Shown: one piece after another, positions 44,052-54,427 of the stretch
Layout: every line of letters starts with the position of its first letter
Position numbering within the stretch: position 1 is the first letter of the stretch
Origin: a bacterium
GTDB taxonomy: Bacteria > Zixibacteria > MSB-5A5 > WJJR01
Direction of reading: 5' to 3'
DNA: 64,000 bases
NCBI GenBank assembly: GCA_021813505.1
Contig: JAKAKI010000040.1
Span: 56,559-120,558, forward strand
Made by a program: the position numbers and the translations under genes
The notes under the pieces: generated by a model
What the model saw: the letters and a program-made list of their open reading frames with translations, nothing else
Database searches by the model: none
What the model was told of the DNA's origin: nothing

Positions 44052-44080
44052 AATATAGACCCGACGGCAGGTACCCTCAA
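44052..44080 (-). promoter_or_regulatory. Sigma70-type promoter of lptFG
   Basis: TTGAGG-17nt-TATATT ending 6 nt before the GTG start. Confidence 0.5.
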
Positions 44081-44261
44081 CAACGCATCTTCAGCGAACC
44101 GCGAGCAATCACCAGAACGGTTCTTCGATCATGGGCCGGTTATGAAGCCAACGGGGTTGCCAAAGGCGTTTTCCCTTGACTTTGTCCCCCGCCGACGGAA
44201 CGTTAAGCAATTCCCGCGGTCGAAGCCGTTGGGGTGGAAAGGGATTGGGGGACGTTCCGGA

Positions 44262-45221
44262 ATGTCCATCCGGGAGTGGGAACCGGGTCAAAGGGTCGAG
44301 GCTTTCGTTGCGCTTCGGAAGTTGGAGCGGCGGGAGCATACCGGTGGCGAACGCCTGGCGCTGGAATTCGGCGATCAGAGCGGGCGGATAGAAGCGGTGA
44401 TGTGGGAGGGATTCGACTCAGTTCTGGATGAACTGACAATCGGGGGAGTGGTCAAGGTCCGAGGGATCGTCGGAAGTTACCGAGACCGCGCCCAGTTGAG
44501 GGTCGAGAAGATCCGTCCGGCCACGGCAGAAGAAGCCAGCCCTGCAGATTTCCTGCCCCATTCACCAGTGGACCCTGATGAACTGTCGCGTGGGCTTGCC
44601 GCCTGCCTGGGAAGCCTGTCGAATCCCGATCTGCGCCGTCTGATGGACCGGATGTTCACGACAGGCGATCTGCGCGAGCGGTATCTCGCGGCCCCGGCCG
44701 GAAAGCTGTGGCACCACAATACGGTCGGCGGGCTGGCTGAGCATTCTTTGAATGTTGTCCGGCTATGTGAGTTCGCCTGTCAGATGTACCCCGATTTGGA
44801 TCGGGACCTGCTTGTGTGCGGGGCAATACTCCACGATTTGGGAAAGGTCGACCAGTACGAGGCCAAGGCGATGTTCGATTATACCGACGCTGGACGGCTG
44901 ATCGGACACATCAACACCGGGGACCAGCGCGTGGCCTCCGCGATTGAGGCATTGCCGGAGTTCCCGGTCGAGATGGCAATGGTTCTCCGCCACCTGATCG
45001 TTTCCCATCAAGGGGAACTGGCCAAGGGATCGCCGGTGGTCCCTATGATGCCCGAGGCCTTTGTACTCAACTTTGCCGACGAGCTCGACTCGAAAATGGG
45101 CGCGCTGCGCCACGTAGGCGAAAAGACCGGAGATGCGCCATGGAGCGAATTTGTGAACTTAATCGGAAGATATGTGTACTTTGGTCATCGCCATGACCAC
45201 GTTGAAAAGGCTGAAACATAG
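44262..45221 (+). CDS. OB-fold + HD domain 3'-5' exoribonuclease (YhaM/Cbf1 family)
   Basis: N-terminal OB (DQSGRIEA), PAGKLWHH..GGLAEHS, LHDLGK, LIGH, SHQG, ADELDSK. Confidence 0.88.
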   Translation: MSIREWEPGQRVEAFVALRKLERREHTGGERLALEFGDQSGRIEAVMWEGFDSVLDELTIGGVVKVRGIVGSYRDRAQLRVEKIRPATAEEASPADFLPHSPVDPDELSRGLAACLGSLSNPDLRRLMDRMFTTGDLRERYLAAPAGKLWHHNTVGGLAEHSLNVVRLCEFACQMYPDLDRDLLVCGAILHDLGKVDQYEAKAMFDYTDAGRLIGHINTGDQRVASAIEALPEFPVEMAMVLRHLIVSHQGELAKGSPVVPMMPEAFVLNFADELDSKMGALRHVGEKTGDAPWSEFVNLIGRYVYFGHRHDHVEKAET

Positions 45222-45230
45222 GAAACCGAC

Positions 45231-46259
45231 ATGTCATTCTTCGATTTGATATCCAGTGATATAGGGATCGATCTCGGGACGGCCAACACCCTGGTTTTTG
45301 TCCGGGGGATCGGAATTGTTCTCAACGAGCCATCGGTCGTGGCCACCGAGGTCGGCACCGGCCGTGTGGTCGCGGTGGGGGCCGCCGCCAAGGAGATGCT
45401 GGGACGCACACCTGAGGACATCCGGGCGGTGCGCCCGCTCAAGGACGGCGTTATCGCCGACTTCGAGATTTCCGAAAAGCTGCTCTCGGATTTCATCCGC
45501 CGCGTGGTGCGCCATCGGTATCTGATGAAGCCCAAGATCGTGATCTCGGTCCCATCGGGAATCACCGAAGTGGAAAAGCGGGCGGTACGCGACTCGGCGG
45601 AAAACGCCGGCGCCCGTGAGGTCTACCTGATCCAGGAGCCGATGGCAGCCGCCATTGGGGTGGGACTTCCGGTTGATGCGGCATCGGGGATCATGGTCAT
45701 CGACATCGGCGGCGGGACATCGGAAATCGCGGTCATCGCCTTGTCGGGAATCGTCAACAACAAGTCCATTCGCATCGCCGGCGACGAGATGAACGAGGCC
45801 ATCGTTCTCTACCTGAAAAAGAACTACAATATCCTGATCGGTGAACTCACCGCCGAGGAAATCAAGATTCGCATTGGATCGGCGTTCTCGCTGGATCGCG
45901 AGGAATCCATGGAGATCAAGGGACGCGATCTCATCGCCGGCGTGCCCAAGACGATGAAGCTCTCCTCGGTCCAGGTCCGCGAGGCCCTAACCGAGCCGGT
46001 CGACGCGATTGTCGAAGCAGTGCGGCAATCGCTGGAACGCACACCACCTGAGTTGTCGAGCGATATTCTGGATCGCGGCATCGTACTCACCGGCGGCGGC
46101 GCATTGCTGCGCGGGCTGGACAAACGCCTGCGGCAGGAGACGAATTTGCCGGTGAATGTGGCCGATGATCCCTTGACCTGCGTCGTTCGCGGCACAGGGC
46201 GCGTGCTGGAAAACATGGCTCAGTACAGCAAGGTTCTGATCCGCAGCCGGCGGGATTAG
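45231..46259 (+). CDS. mreB: Rod shape-determining protein MreB
   Basis: IDLGTANT, RPLKDGVIADF, EPMAAAIG, DIGGGT, LTGGGALL. Confidence 0.97.
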   Translation: MSFFDLISSDIGIDLGTANTLVFVRGIGIVLNEPSVVATEVGTGRVVAVGAAAKEMLGRTPEDIRAVRPLKDGVIADFEISEKLLSDFIRRVVRHRYLMKPKIVISVPSGITEVEKRAVRDSAENAGAREVYLIQEPMAAAIGVGLPVDAASGIMVIDIGGGTSEIAVIALSGIVNNKSIRIAGDEMNEAIVLYLKKNYNILIGELTAEEIKIRIGSAFSLDREESMEIKGRDLIAGVPKTMKLSSVQVREALTEPVDAIVEAVRQSLERTPPELSSDILDRGIVLTGGGALLRGLDKRLRQETNLPVNVADDPLTCVVRGTGRVLENMAQYSKVLIRSRRD

Positions 46260-46309
46260 GCGCCTGCGGGTCTGCTGCGCCGCCCTTGACGGCCGGATGA
46301 CCGTCTGGA

Positions 46310-48499
46310 ATGAATCCACCGACTCCCGAGAGCATTATCCGGTTCATGACCGATGAGGCCGGCCGGCCTGTTCGCGCACGCGAACTCGCCCACCTGATGG
46401 GCGTGGCCGATCGGGACTACCCCGCCTTCCGCGATGCATTGAAACGGCTTCTTGATGAAGGCCGGATTGTCCGTCTGAAACGCGGCCGCCTGGCGCCCCC
46501 CGACCCATTGAACCTGGTCGTTGGAACGGTCGTCGTGCGGCGTGGCGGGCACATGTTCTGCCGGAGCGATGAGCGTGACGGTGTTCCGCCCGAAATCTTC
46601 CTGCGTCCACGGGAACGCATGACTGCGCTGGACGGAGACCGCGTGATGGTGCGGCTGCATCCAGATCGCGATGGACCGTCGCCCGAAGGGGAAGTCATTC
46701 GCGTCATCAGCCGTGGGAGCACACCGATACTCGGGGTGTTTCGCCGTGCCAAGCACTTTTGGTATGTCACCCCCGATCAGCCGCATCCCCTGCGGGAAAT
46801 CTACATTCCCACCAACGCGGCCAGAGGAGTGGAAGTCGGGCAGCAAGTGATGGTCGTGATCACTGATTGGGAGTTCCCCGATCAGACTCCCACTGGCAAG
46901 ATCATCCAGATTCTCGGGTTCCCGGATGAACCGGGTGTCGACATTCTGCGAATCATCGCGGAATACCAGTTGCCGCAGTCGTTCCCCAAGGACGTATTGG
47001 CGGAGGCGCGGCAATTTCCGGAGGAGATCGATCCGGCGGATTTGACCGCGCGCGAGGATTTTCGCGGCCTCGTTACATTCACGATCGACCCGGCCGATGC
47101 GAAAGACCACGACGATGCGGTATCGCTCGAGCCTCGTGATGGTGGTTGGCGGCTGGGCGTACACATCGCCGATGTGTCGCATTACGTTCGGGAAGAGTCT
47201 GCGCTAGATCGGGAAGCGTACGAGCGCGGTACCAGCGTCTATCTGGTCGACCGCGTGATTCCCATGTTGCCGCAACGACTTTCGAATGATCTTTGCAGCC
47301 TGCGTCCCAAACGCGACCGCCTGACATTCAGTTGTATGATCGACCTGACCGCCGACGGGGAACTTCTGAAGTACCGGTTCTGCCGCTCGATCATCCACTC
47401 GCGCGCCAAATTGAGCTACGACGAGGTGTCAGACTTCTTTTACAAGGGCGAGGCGTCGAAAGCCGTCAGGCCGCACGAAACTCTGTTGAGCGACATGCGC
47501 ACATTGTCACAGAATCTGCGCCGCCACCGGTTCAAGAACGGCAGTCTGGATCTGGATGTGCCGGAAGCGAAGGTGATTCTGGACGACGACGGCAATCCGG
47601 TGCGCATCGAAATCCGCCGCTCCGATGATTCCCATCAACTGGTCGAAGAGTTCATGCTGATTGCGAATCAGTGTGCGGCCCATCAGTTCCTGCGGCGCAA
47701 TCGTCCCTGCCTGTTTCGAGTTCATGCGCCGCCGGACCAGACGAAAATGGAAGAGTTCGCGAGTTTCGCCACCAGCCTTGGGTATCGATTTTCGGTCAAG
47801 GGCGGGGTCAATTCGCAGTTGCTGGCACGGCTGCTCGACCGATTGAAGGATGATCCCCGGCGGGAGATGATTCACCAGGTCTTGCTTCGGTCATTGATGA
47901 AGGCGGTCTACCAGCCGGAGAACGTGGGGCATTTCGGGCTGGCATTTCCCCATTACGCCCATTTCACCTCGCCGATACGGCGGTACCCTGATTTGTGGCT
48001 GCACCGGCACCTTGCTGGAATTCTTGATGGCACCTGGACGACCACTCAACAGAATCTCACCAGAGCGAACCTTCCTGCGGTGGGAAAGAAAACCTCGGAG
48101 CGCGAACGTGCTGCGGAGGAAGCGGAACGTGAATCGGTGCGGATCAAGCAGCTTGAGCTTTTGGAGACTAAGGTCGGTGACGAATTCGACGGGCAGGTCT
48201 CCGGATTTCTGGAGTTTGGCTTCTTCGTGTCGCTGGTGGGAATCGGCGCCGATGGACTCATTCGGTTCTCGAGCATTGATGATGATTACTACACTTGGGA
48301 ACGCGAAGCTTGGCGGGTTCGCGGACGGCGCACGGGACGGACGTTCAATCTCGGCGACAAAATTCGCGTGCGATTGATCAAGACCGACTCGGACCGGCAG
48401 GAAATCGACTTGGTCCTGGCAGAAACTGCTGACAGCGATGAACTCGCGGGCTCAGGTAGAAGACGGTCCGGACGGGGACGGCGGCGATTTAAAATGTGA
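46310..48499 (+). CDS. rnr: Ribonuclease R
   Basis: TIDPADAKDHDDA, VHIADV, HFTSPIRRYPDL, S1 domain, basic tail. Confidence 0.95.
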   Translation: MNPPTPESIIRFMTDEAGRPVRARELAHLMGVADRDYPAFRDALKRLLDEGRIVRLKRGRLAPPDPLNLVVGTVVVRRGGHMFCRSDERDGVPPEIFLRPRERMTALDGDRVMVRLHPDRDGPSPEGEVIRVISRGSTPILGVFRRAKHFWYVTPDQPHPLREIYIPTNAARGVEVGQQVMVVITDWEFPDQTPTGKIIQILGFPDEPGVDILRIIAEYQLPQSFPKDVLAEARQFPEEIDPADLTAREDFRGLVTFTIDPADAKDHDDAVSLEPRDGGWRLGVHIADVSHYVREESALDREAYERGTSVYLVDRVIPMLPQRLSNDLCSLRPKRDRLTFSCMIDLTADGELLKYRFCRSIIHSRAKLSYDEVSDFFYKGEASKAVRPHETLLSDMRTLSQNLRRHRFKNGSLDLDVPEAKVILDDDGNPVRIEIRRSDDSHQLVEEFMLIANQCAAHQFLRRNRPCLFRVHAPPDQTKMEEFASFATSLGYRFSVKGGVNSQLLARLLDRLKDDPRREMIHQVLLRSLMKAVYQPENVGHFGLAFPHYAHFTSPIRRYPDLWLHRHLAGILDGTWTTTQQNLTRANLPAVGKKTSERERAAEEAERESVRIKQLELLETKVGDEFDGQVSGFLEFGFFVSLVGIGADGLIRFSSIDDDYYTWEREAWRVRGRRTGRTFNLGDKIRVRLIKTDSDRQEIDLVLAETADSDELAGSGRRRSGRGRRRFKM

Positions 48500-48506
48500 G
48501 CACCTG

Positions 48507-49679
48507 ATGCGTGAGTACTTCCTTCCATTTTCCGCCCCAACCATCGGCGATGACGAAATCGCCGAGGTGGTGGACACGCTTCAGAGCGGGTGGTTGACCA
48601 CCGGCCCAAAAGTGAAGCGGTTCGAGGAGCAGTTTGCCTCGTATGTGGGATGCCGCCACGCCGTCGCGGTGAACTCCTGCACGGCCGCGCTTCATCTGGC
48701 GTTGGAGGCAATCGGTGTGCGCGCGGGCGATGAGGTCATCACCTCACCGATGACTTTTGCCGCCACCGGAGAAGTGATTCATTACCTGGGTGCCAAGCCA
48801 GTCTTCGTGGATATCGATCCGGTCACGATGAATTTGGACGTCTCGCTCTTGGAAGGCGTTACCAAGCGTTGCTTACGTCCAAAGGCGATACTTCCGGTGC
48901 ATATGGCGGGGCTGGCATGCGAGATGGATGAGATTCTCGCCATCGCCAAAGCACACGAACTCAAAGTGATCGAAGATGCGGCGCATACGTTTCCAACGCT
49001 CTACAAAGGGCGAATGATCGGCACGATTGGTGACGTGACGTGCTTTTCGTTCTACTCGACCAAAACGATCACGACCGGCGAAGGCGGGATGGCTGTGACA
49101 GGGGATGAGGCCCTGGCCGAGCGTATGCGGGTCATGAGTCTGCACGGAATCAGCAAGAACGCCTGGACGCGATATACGGCTTCCGGAAGCTGGTTTTACG
49201 AAATCCTGGCACCGGGATTCAAATACAACCTGACCGATCTGGCGGCGTCATTGGGAATCGCCCAGATGAAGCGCGCCGATGAATTCCACCAAAAGCGCCA
49301 GGCCATCGCCCGTCGGTACTCGGCTGCGTTCAACGCGATCTCCGAGTTCATTGAGATTCCCGCCGAGGCATCGTCAGGGAGTATGCACTCCTGGCACCTT
49401 TACATCATCAAAGTGAATTCCGGCCGTTTGAGGATTGGCCGTGATCAGTTCATCGAGGAATTGAAGGAAGCGAAGATCGGAACGTCGGTGCACTTTATTC
49501 CATTGCACTTGCATCCGTACTATCGCGAAATGTACGCGTACAAGCCGGACGATTTCCCCAACGCGACGGCAACTTACCAGCGGTCGATCAGCCTCCCCAT
49601 CTACCCCAAGATGACCGAGGACGATGCTGATTCGGTTATCGAAGCAGTTTCTTCCATTTGCCGCAAGCACGCGAAGTAA
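48507..49679 (+). CDS. DegT/DnrJ/EryC1/StrS PLP aminotransferase
   Basis: SGWLTTGP, NSCTAALHL, EDAAH, SFYSTKTITTGEGG. Confidence 0.94.
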   Translation: MREYFLPFSAPTIGDDEIAEVVDTLQSGWLTTGPKVKRFEEQFASYVGCRHAVAVNSCTAALHLALEAIGVRAGDEVITSPMTFAATGEVIHYLGAKPVFVDIDPVTMNLDVSLLEGVTKRCLRPKAILPVHMAGLACEMDEILAIAKAHELKVIEDAAHTFPTLYKGRMIGTIGDVTCFSFYSTKTITTGEGGMAVTGDEALAERMRVMSLHGISKNAWTRYTASGSWFYEILAPGFKYNLTDLAASLGIAQMKRADEFHQKRQAIARRYSAAFNAISEFIEIPAEASSGSMHSWHLYIIKVNSGRLRIGRDQFIEELKEAKIGTSVHFIPLHLHPYYREMYAYKPDDFPNATATYQRSISLPIYPKMTEDDADSVIEAVSSICRKHAK

Positions 49680-49680
49680 G

Positions 49681-50262
49681 ATGGGGAAGCGCATCTTCGA
49701 TTTGGTCTTCTCTGCACTGGGACTAATCATTCTGTCGCCGGTCATCCTCGTGGCCGCGATTGGCGTCAAGCTCTCCTCACCGGGTCCGGTCTTCTTCCGG
49801 CAGGAGAGAGTGGGACGGAATTTCAACGTCTTTCGGATTTGCAAATTCCGAACAATGAGAAGCAATGCCGTTTCCGATCCGCCGATCACCGTGTATGGTG
49901 ATCCACGTGTGACTCGATTCGGCCGCTTTCTCCGGCGAACAAAACTGGACGAAATACCCCAACTCTTCAATGTATTCAAAGGCGAAATGAGTTTCGTAGG
50001 GCCGCGTCCGGAAGTGCGATTCTACGTCGAGAAATTCCGCGCGGACTACGAGGAGATTCTCAAGGTCCGCCCCGGCATCACCGACGAAGCGAGCATCGAG
50101 TTCCGCCACGAGGGCGCGCTTCTCGCCGCCGCCTCCGATCCGCAGGATCTCTATCTGAGGCAAGTCCTGCCACGCAAAATTGAACTGGCCCACAGATATG
50201 TGCGCAACGGACGAATGTTCGATGACCTTTCGATCATCATCCGGACGCTGATGCACCTGTAG
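49681..50262 (+). CDS. Bacterial sugar transferase (PglC/WcaJ-like phosphoglycosyltransferase)
   Basis: KRIFDL, KFRTM, DPRVTRFGRFLR.TKLDEIPQ, MSFVGPRP. Confidence 0.93.
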   Translation: MGKRIFDLVFSALGLIILSPVILVAAIGVKLSSPGPVFFRQERVGRNFNVFRICKFRTMRSNAVSDPPITVYGDPRVTRFGRFLRRTKLDEIPQLFNVFKGEMSFVGPRPEVRFYVEKFRADYEEILKVRPGITDEASIEFRHEGALLAAASDPQDLYLRQVLPRKIELAHRYVRNGRMFDDLSIIIRTLMHL

Positions 50263-50307
50263 GGAAGAGTGCGGCGGATGACCACCGCACTCAGTCGGGG
50301 ATTCGGA

Positions 50308-50964
50308 TTATTGCTTCTTGACGGATTCGACGAGTTGCTGGAAATCGTCGAGCCCCTGGATCACCGTCTGCTCTGGTCCAGTGATCTTGAAGAAGACCGG
50401 TCCGTCCGGCGCTTCCACGATCGCACCCAACAGCCGGTAACCCATCTGCTGCTCGGGTTTGCCGGTCATCGGGCCACCCATTGCCGAGGACATGTAGATG
50501 CCGGTCAAATCGACTGTTGTCACCTTGAGGCTGCTGACCGTGTGGTTGCCAATCTTTGCCGCCTTGCGCGAGTCGGATCCATCCGGCTGGGCGAACTGGC
50601 TGATCCACCGTTCGACATTGGCGTCCACCGCGCCGCCTTGGCCGGGACCGAAATAGAAAACAGCACAATCGGCCTCTTTACCTTCGGGTCCGAAGGCATA
50701 CGACGCCACGCGCATCGGCTTCTCGGCGCCCGGCTTCCATGTGGCCGGAACCGCCCAACTGACCCCGGCTGCATTGGTGACCGCTCCGGATGGGGAACCA
50801 TGGGGATTGGCCATCTGCGGTGTCGTCCCCGGCGCTGTTTGCGAGGCCGTCTCGGCTTTCTTAACCTCGGCTTTTTCCACATTGGAATCACGGCACCCGA
50901 CAACGGCAATCGCAATCGTCAGAGTTGAGGCCGTCAGAATCTTGAAGATCATGTGTTGGTTCAT
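50308..50964 (-). CDS. Hypothetical lipoprotein
   Basis: VVGC lipobox; NPHG, GGAVDANVERWISQF, FFKITGP motifs. Confidence 0.75.
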   Translation of the reverse strand: MNQHMIFKILTASTLTIAIAVVGCRDSNVEKAEVKKAETASQTAPGTTPQMANPHGSPSGAVTNAAGVSWAVPATWKPGAEKPMRVASYAFGPEGKEADCAVFYFGPGQGGAVDANVERWISQFAQPDGSDSRKAAKIGNHTVSSLKVTTVDLTGIYMSSAMGGPMTGKPEQQMGYRLLGAIVEAPDGPVFFKITGPEQTVIQGLDDFQQLVESVKKQ

Positions 50965-51041
50965 CAATCCTACCCCTTCCCAGCGAGTGTTAATGCGATG
51001 TCCTTGGACGCCGGCTACCAGATGCTTCGGCGGTGTCAAAG

Positions 51042-51115
51042 AGCGGGAGACGGGATTCGAACCCGCGACCAACAGCTTGGAAGGCTGTGACTCTAGCCAA
51101 CTGAGTTACTCCCGC
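51042..51115 (-). tRNA. tRNA-Gly(TCC), CCA not encoded
   Basis: GCGGGAG acceptor stem, ACAGC-CT-TCC-AA-GCTGT anticodon arm, GGTTCGAATCC. Confidence 0.96.
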
Positions 51116-51132
51116 GTCATCGCGCGGCAACG

Positions 51133-51161
51133 ATTATACGTGGCGCCTCGTGATTGATCAA
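51133..51161 (-). promoter_or_regulatory. Sigma70-type promoter of tRNA-Gly
   Basis: TTGATC-17nt-TATAAT. Confidence 0.65.
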
Positions 51162-51188
51162 TGCCAAATCGTTCCTGATTGGACGGCC

Positions 51189-52862
51189 CTATCTCCGGCG
51201 AATCAACGCCAACTTCACCAGTCCCTCCCGTACAGGTGTCCGCACCCATACAAGATATATGCCTGACGCCACCGGATGATTGGACTCATTCGTCGCCAGC
51301 CACAGAGAAGATTTCCCCCAAAACTCACCCGAGTAGACCGGGTCTCCAGCAGTGGTAAAGACATCGAAGTGCGACGGTGCATTCGTGGCTGCGTCCGGCG
51401 TACCAATCCACACCGAGTCGGAGGCGGGGTTGGGCCAGACTTCGATTCCGCTCGCTTCGTGACCTGAAGGCAGGGCGGCGAACGCATGGTCGGCCCGCAA
51501 CATTCCCCAGCCGACGTCGTTGTTTGGATGGCTTGCGTTTGTCGCCGTCGCCCGGAGAACATCAATCACCTGCGTCGGTGACAGACTTGGTTTCTCCTGC
51601 AACAATAGCGCACACACGCCGGCGACGAGCGGCGTAGCGAAGGACGTCCCGCTGCGGCCAAGGAACGCTCCGGGGCGCGTCAACGCAGTCCACACACCAA
51701 CTCCGGGAGCAACCACATCCGGCTTGATCCGATTATCCGCGGTCGGCCCGCGCGAGGAGAAATCGGCGACCGCTCCTTGGAGGTCGGACGCGCCGATTGT
51801 CAGAACGGAATCACCGTCGGCAGGTGCAACGAGTCCGTCAAAGCCCTCATTGCCGGCGGCGTTGACAACCAGCAGCCCCCGTGCTACTGCAAGTTCGGCA
51901 GCCTTGGTGGTCGTGGCCGTGTGGCCATCAAGGTCAGCACGCGTGTACCAGTTGTTATAGCCTAGGGAACTCGAGACGATGTCACACCCGAGAGAGTCGA
52001 TCCACCACAACCCGGCTACCCAGTAATCCTCCTCGATGCGCGTCTCAGTGCCCATAACTTCAGTCTTCGCCAGGGCGTATTCGGCACGAGGAGCGACACC
52101 GATTAGTTCGCCGGGGAGATAGCCGCCGCACACGGACAGGGTTGAGGTCCCGTGATCCATCTGCACCGAATCCTCATCGCCGACATCCGTGTCGCCGTTG
52201 ATGAAGTCCCGCGTGCCGATCACCTTAAGCGAATCGAAGACATTAAGATGGAGCGAATAACCTGTGTCGAGGAATCCGATCCTTATTCCCTGCCCGTCCA
52301 ATCCACGGTTGTGCAGAAGGTCGGCCTCGATTGCTTCGATCTGCGCCGCCGAGTTTCCGTAATCGAAGGTGGTGGGCTTTGTCAGTCCATACCCGGCGGG
52401 CGGCAGATAACTGGGCAGAGGTGTGTCGATCGCGCGGTGGTAAATCGCGACAGGCCGGATCGAGTCCACAAAGCCGTACGCGGCCAAGGCATCCATCCGA
52501 TCTGAAGGGACAATTCCCGAAACGGCGTTAAGCCAACGGCTTTCGGTTCGGATGGTGAGTCCAGCCGAAGTCAGTGCATCGAGATAGTCAATGAAGATCG
52601 GCTGATCCAGTGTCGGATTGTAAGCCGCGCCGCGACTGGCGATCCGGGACGCGGCGCGCTCAGATATCCATTCTTGTTCCACAAGGCCGGCTGTTGTGAC
52701 CGATGGGCCCTTGTCTTTGAGAAATACCCAGACAGGGGCTCCGGCTGAGGCGGCACTCTGCGCGCGCGGGGAGATGACCGCCGCGTTCGCCCCCGAAGAC
52801 AGTATCAATGTCACCGCTGCCCCCAATGACGCGAGCAACCGGAAGTGGCCAGGCCGAACCAT
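51189..52862 (-). CDS. Secreted S8 subtilase with C-terminal FlgD-Ig/T9SS-CTD-like domain
   Basis: DTG, HGT, AAGN, GTSFATP catalytic motifs; VWPNP...ASGIYLV tail. Confidence 0.9.
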   Translation of the reverse strand: MVRPGHFRLLASLGAAVTLILSSGANAAVISPRAQSAASAGAPVWVFLKDKGPSVTTAGLVEQEWISERAASRIASRGAAYNPTLDQPIFIDYLDALTSAGLTIRTESRWLNAVSGIVPSDRMDALAAYGFVDSIRPVAIYHRAIDTPLPSYLPPAGYGLTKPTTFDYGNSAAQIEAIEADLLHNRGLDGQGIRIGFLDTGYSLHLNVFDSLKVIGTRDFINGDTDVGDEDSVQMDHGTSTLSVCGGYLPGELIGVAPRAEYALAKTEVMGTETRIEEDYWVAGLWWIDSLGCDIVSSSLGYNNWYTRADLDGHTATTTKAAELAVARGLLVVNAAGNEGFDGLVAPADGDSVLTIGASDLQGAVADFSSRGPTADNRIKPDVVAPGVGVWTALTRPGAFLGRSGTSFATPLVAGVCALLLQEKPSLSPTQVIDVLRATATNASHPNNDVGWGMLRADHAFAALPSGHEASGIEVWPNPASDSVWIGTPDAATNAPSHFDVFTTAGDPVYSGEFWGKSSLWLATNESNHPVASGIYLVWVRTPVREGLVKLALIRRR

Positions 52863-52884
52863 CGCGAGATGCGGATATGCCGTT

Positions 52885-53649
52885 CTACAAAACCTTGTCA
52901 AAGAACTCCTTGGCGCGCGGATGGCGTGGTGCCGACAGCACCTGATTTGGCGGGCCAGATTCCAGGATCTTTCCCTCATCGAGGAATATCACGCGATGGG
53001 CGACCTCACGGGCGAAACCGATCTCGTGCGAAACCACAATCATCGTCATGCCCGATTGGGCCAAATCGCGCATCACCGCCAGCACTTCCCCGATCATTTC
53101 GGGATCAAGTGCCGACGTGGGCTCATCGAAGAGCATGACTTGTGGGTCCATGGCCAGCGCCCGGGCAATGGCCACTCGCTGCTGCTGTCCGCCCGAAAGC
53201 TCCGCGGGGAACGAATCGAGTTTGGCACCCAATCCGACGCGCTCCAGCCGCTCCCGCGCCTGGTTGATGGCTTGCTCCTTGGGGAGTTTGAGCACAGTCC
53301 GGGGGGCAAGCGCCACATTGTCCAAAGCGCTCAAGTGGGGAAAGAGATTGAACTGCTGGAACACCATACCGACTTTCGCCCGAACGGCGTGAATGGTGTC
53401 ACAAGTTGGGTCCAGGCGAACTCCCCCCACCTCAATGATACCGGCATCAAGCCGTTCCAGCCCATTGAAGCATCGCAGCAAAGTCGACTTCCCTGATCCA
53501 GATGGCCCCAGCATGACGACCACTTCCGAAACGGCGACGTCGAGATCCAACCCATCGACGACCACAAGGTTCCCGAAACGCTTGCTGATCCCGCGCGCGC
53601 GCAACGCCGGGCCATCATGATCCATCTGATGGTTGCGATTCGGGTTCAA
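52885..53649 (-). CDS. Polar amino-acid ABC transporter ATPase (GlnQ-like)
   Basis: [27 protein letters not shown]. Confidence 0.95.
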   Translation of the reverse strand: MNPNRNHQMDHDGPALRARGISKRFGNLVVVDGLDLDVAVSEVVVMLGPSGSGKSTLLRCFNGLERLDAGIIEVGGVRLDPTCDTIHAVRAKVGMVFQQFNLFPHLSALDNVALAPRTVLKLPKEQAINQARERLERVGLGAKLDSFPAELSGGQQQRVAIARALAMDPQVMLFDEPTSALDPEMIGEVLAVMRDLAQSGMTMIVVSHEIGFAREVAHRVIFLDEGKILESGPPNQVLSAPRHPRAKEFFDKVL

Positions 53650-54329
53650 CGCCGGACACCCATTCCGAAGCCGCGGACGGCAAAGCGGTGTTCCAAATGC
53701 CGGGTTAGCTTCGTGAGCAAAAGCGTCATGCAGAGATACACCACACCCACCAGCAGCCAGGTTTGGAAATCCACGAAGTACTGCGAGTAATACTCACGAC
53801 CCGCCCTGGTCAGCTCCCGAAGGCCGATGATCGAGACCAGCGAGGAATCTTTCAGGCAGGCGATAAACTCATTAGCCGCCGGGGGAATAATTACACGCGT
53901 TGCTTGAGGAAGAATGACAAAGCGCAAGGCTTGGGTATTTGACATGCCCAGCGATGCTGCCGCCTCATGCTGGCCGCGTGCGATTGACTCGATGCCAGAG
54001 CGGATAATCTCCGCCAGGTAGGCGGAGTAGCAGATCCCTATGGCGAGGACGCCGGCGGCGAATCGCTCAAGATTGAGCAGTCCTCCAAGTCCAAAGTAGA
54101 TGAAGAAGATCTGCACCAGCAGGGGAACGCCACGCAGCACGTCAACATAGCCCTTGGCCAGGAGAACCATCGGCCGGTAGCCGGAAATCTGGCTCAACCC
54201 GACCGCCAACCCGAGAATCAGCGCCAGCGTGAACGACAGAACCGTCACGGCGACCGTCATGGGTACAGCCGGCGCCAGGAACTTCAGGATGTTGAGCGCC
54301 AGCGCGCCCTGGTTCAAGAGAAAGTCGAT
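53646..54329 (-). CDS. Polar amino-acid ABC permease (GlnP/HisM-like)
   Basis: [34 protein letters not shown]; start at TTG 54317 or ATC 54329. Confidence 0.92.
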   Translation of the reverse strand: MDFLLNQGALALNILKFLAPAVPMTVAVTVLSFTLALILGLAVGLSQISGYRPMVLLAKGYVDVLRGVPLLVQIFFIYFGLGGLLNLERFAAGVLAIGICYSAYLAEIIRSGIESIARGQHEAAASLGMSNTQALRFVILPQATRVIIPPAANEFIACLKDSSLVSIIGLRELTRAGREYYSQYFVDFQTWLLVGVVYLCMTLLLTKLTRHLEHRFAVRGFGMGVRR

Positions 54330-54427
54330 GGTGCGTCCTCCGCTGTCCCCGAAGTGGGGGCAGAAAAATCAAGTTATCACACCCAACACGGGTTTTCAAT
54401 CGGATTTCGGACTGGGGTGGAACCGGT

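Noticed and set aside
50965-51072. N-terminal extension of the lipoprotein ORF
   Set aside because: Runs through tRNA-Gly; RBS and lipoprotein signal fit ATG 50964
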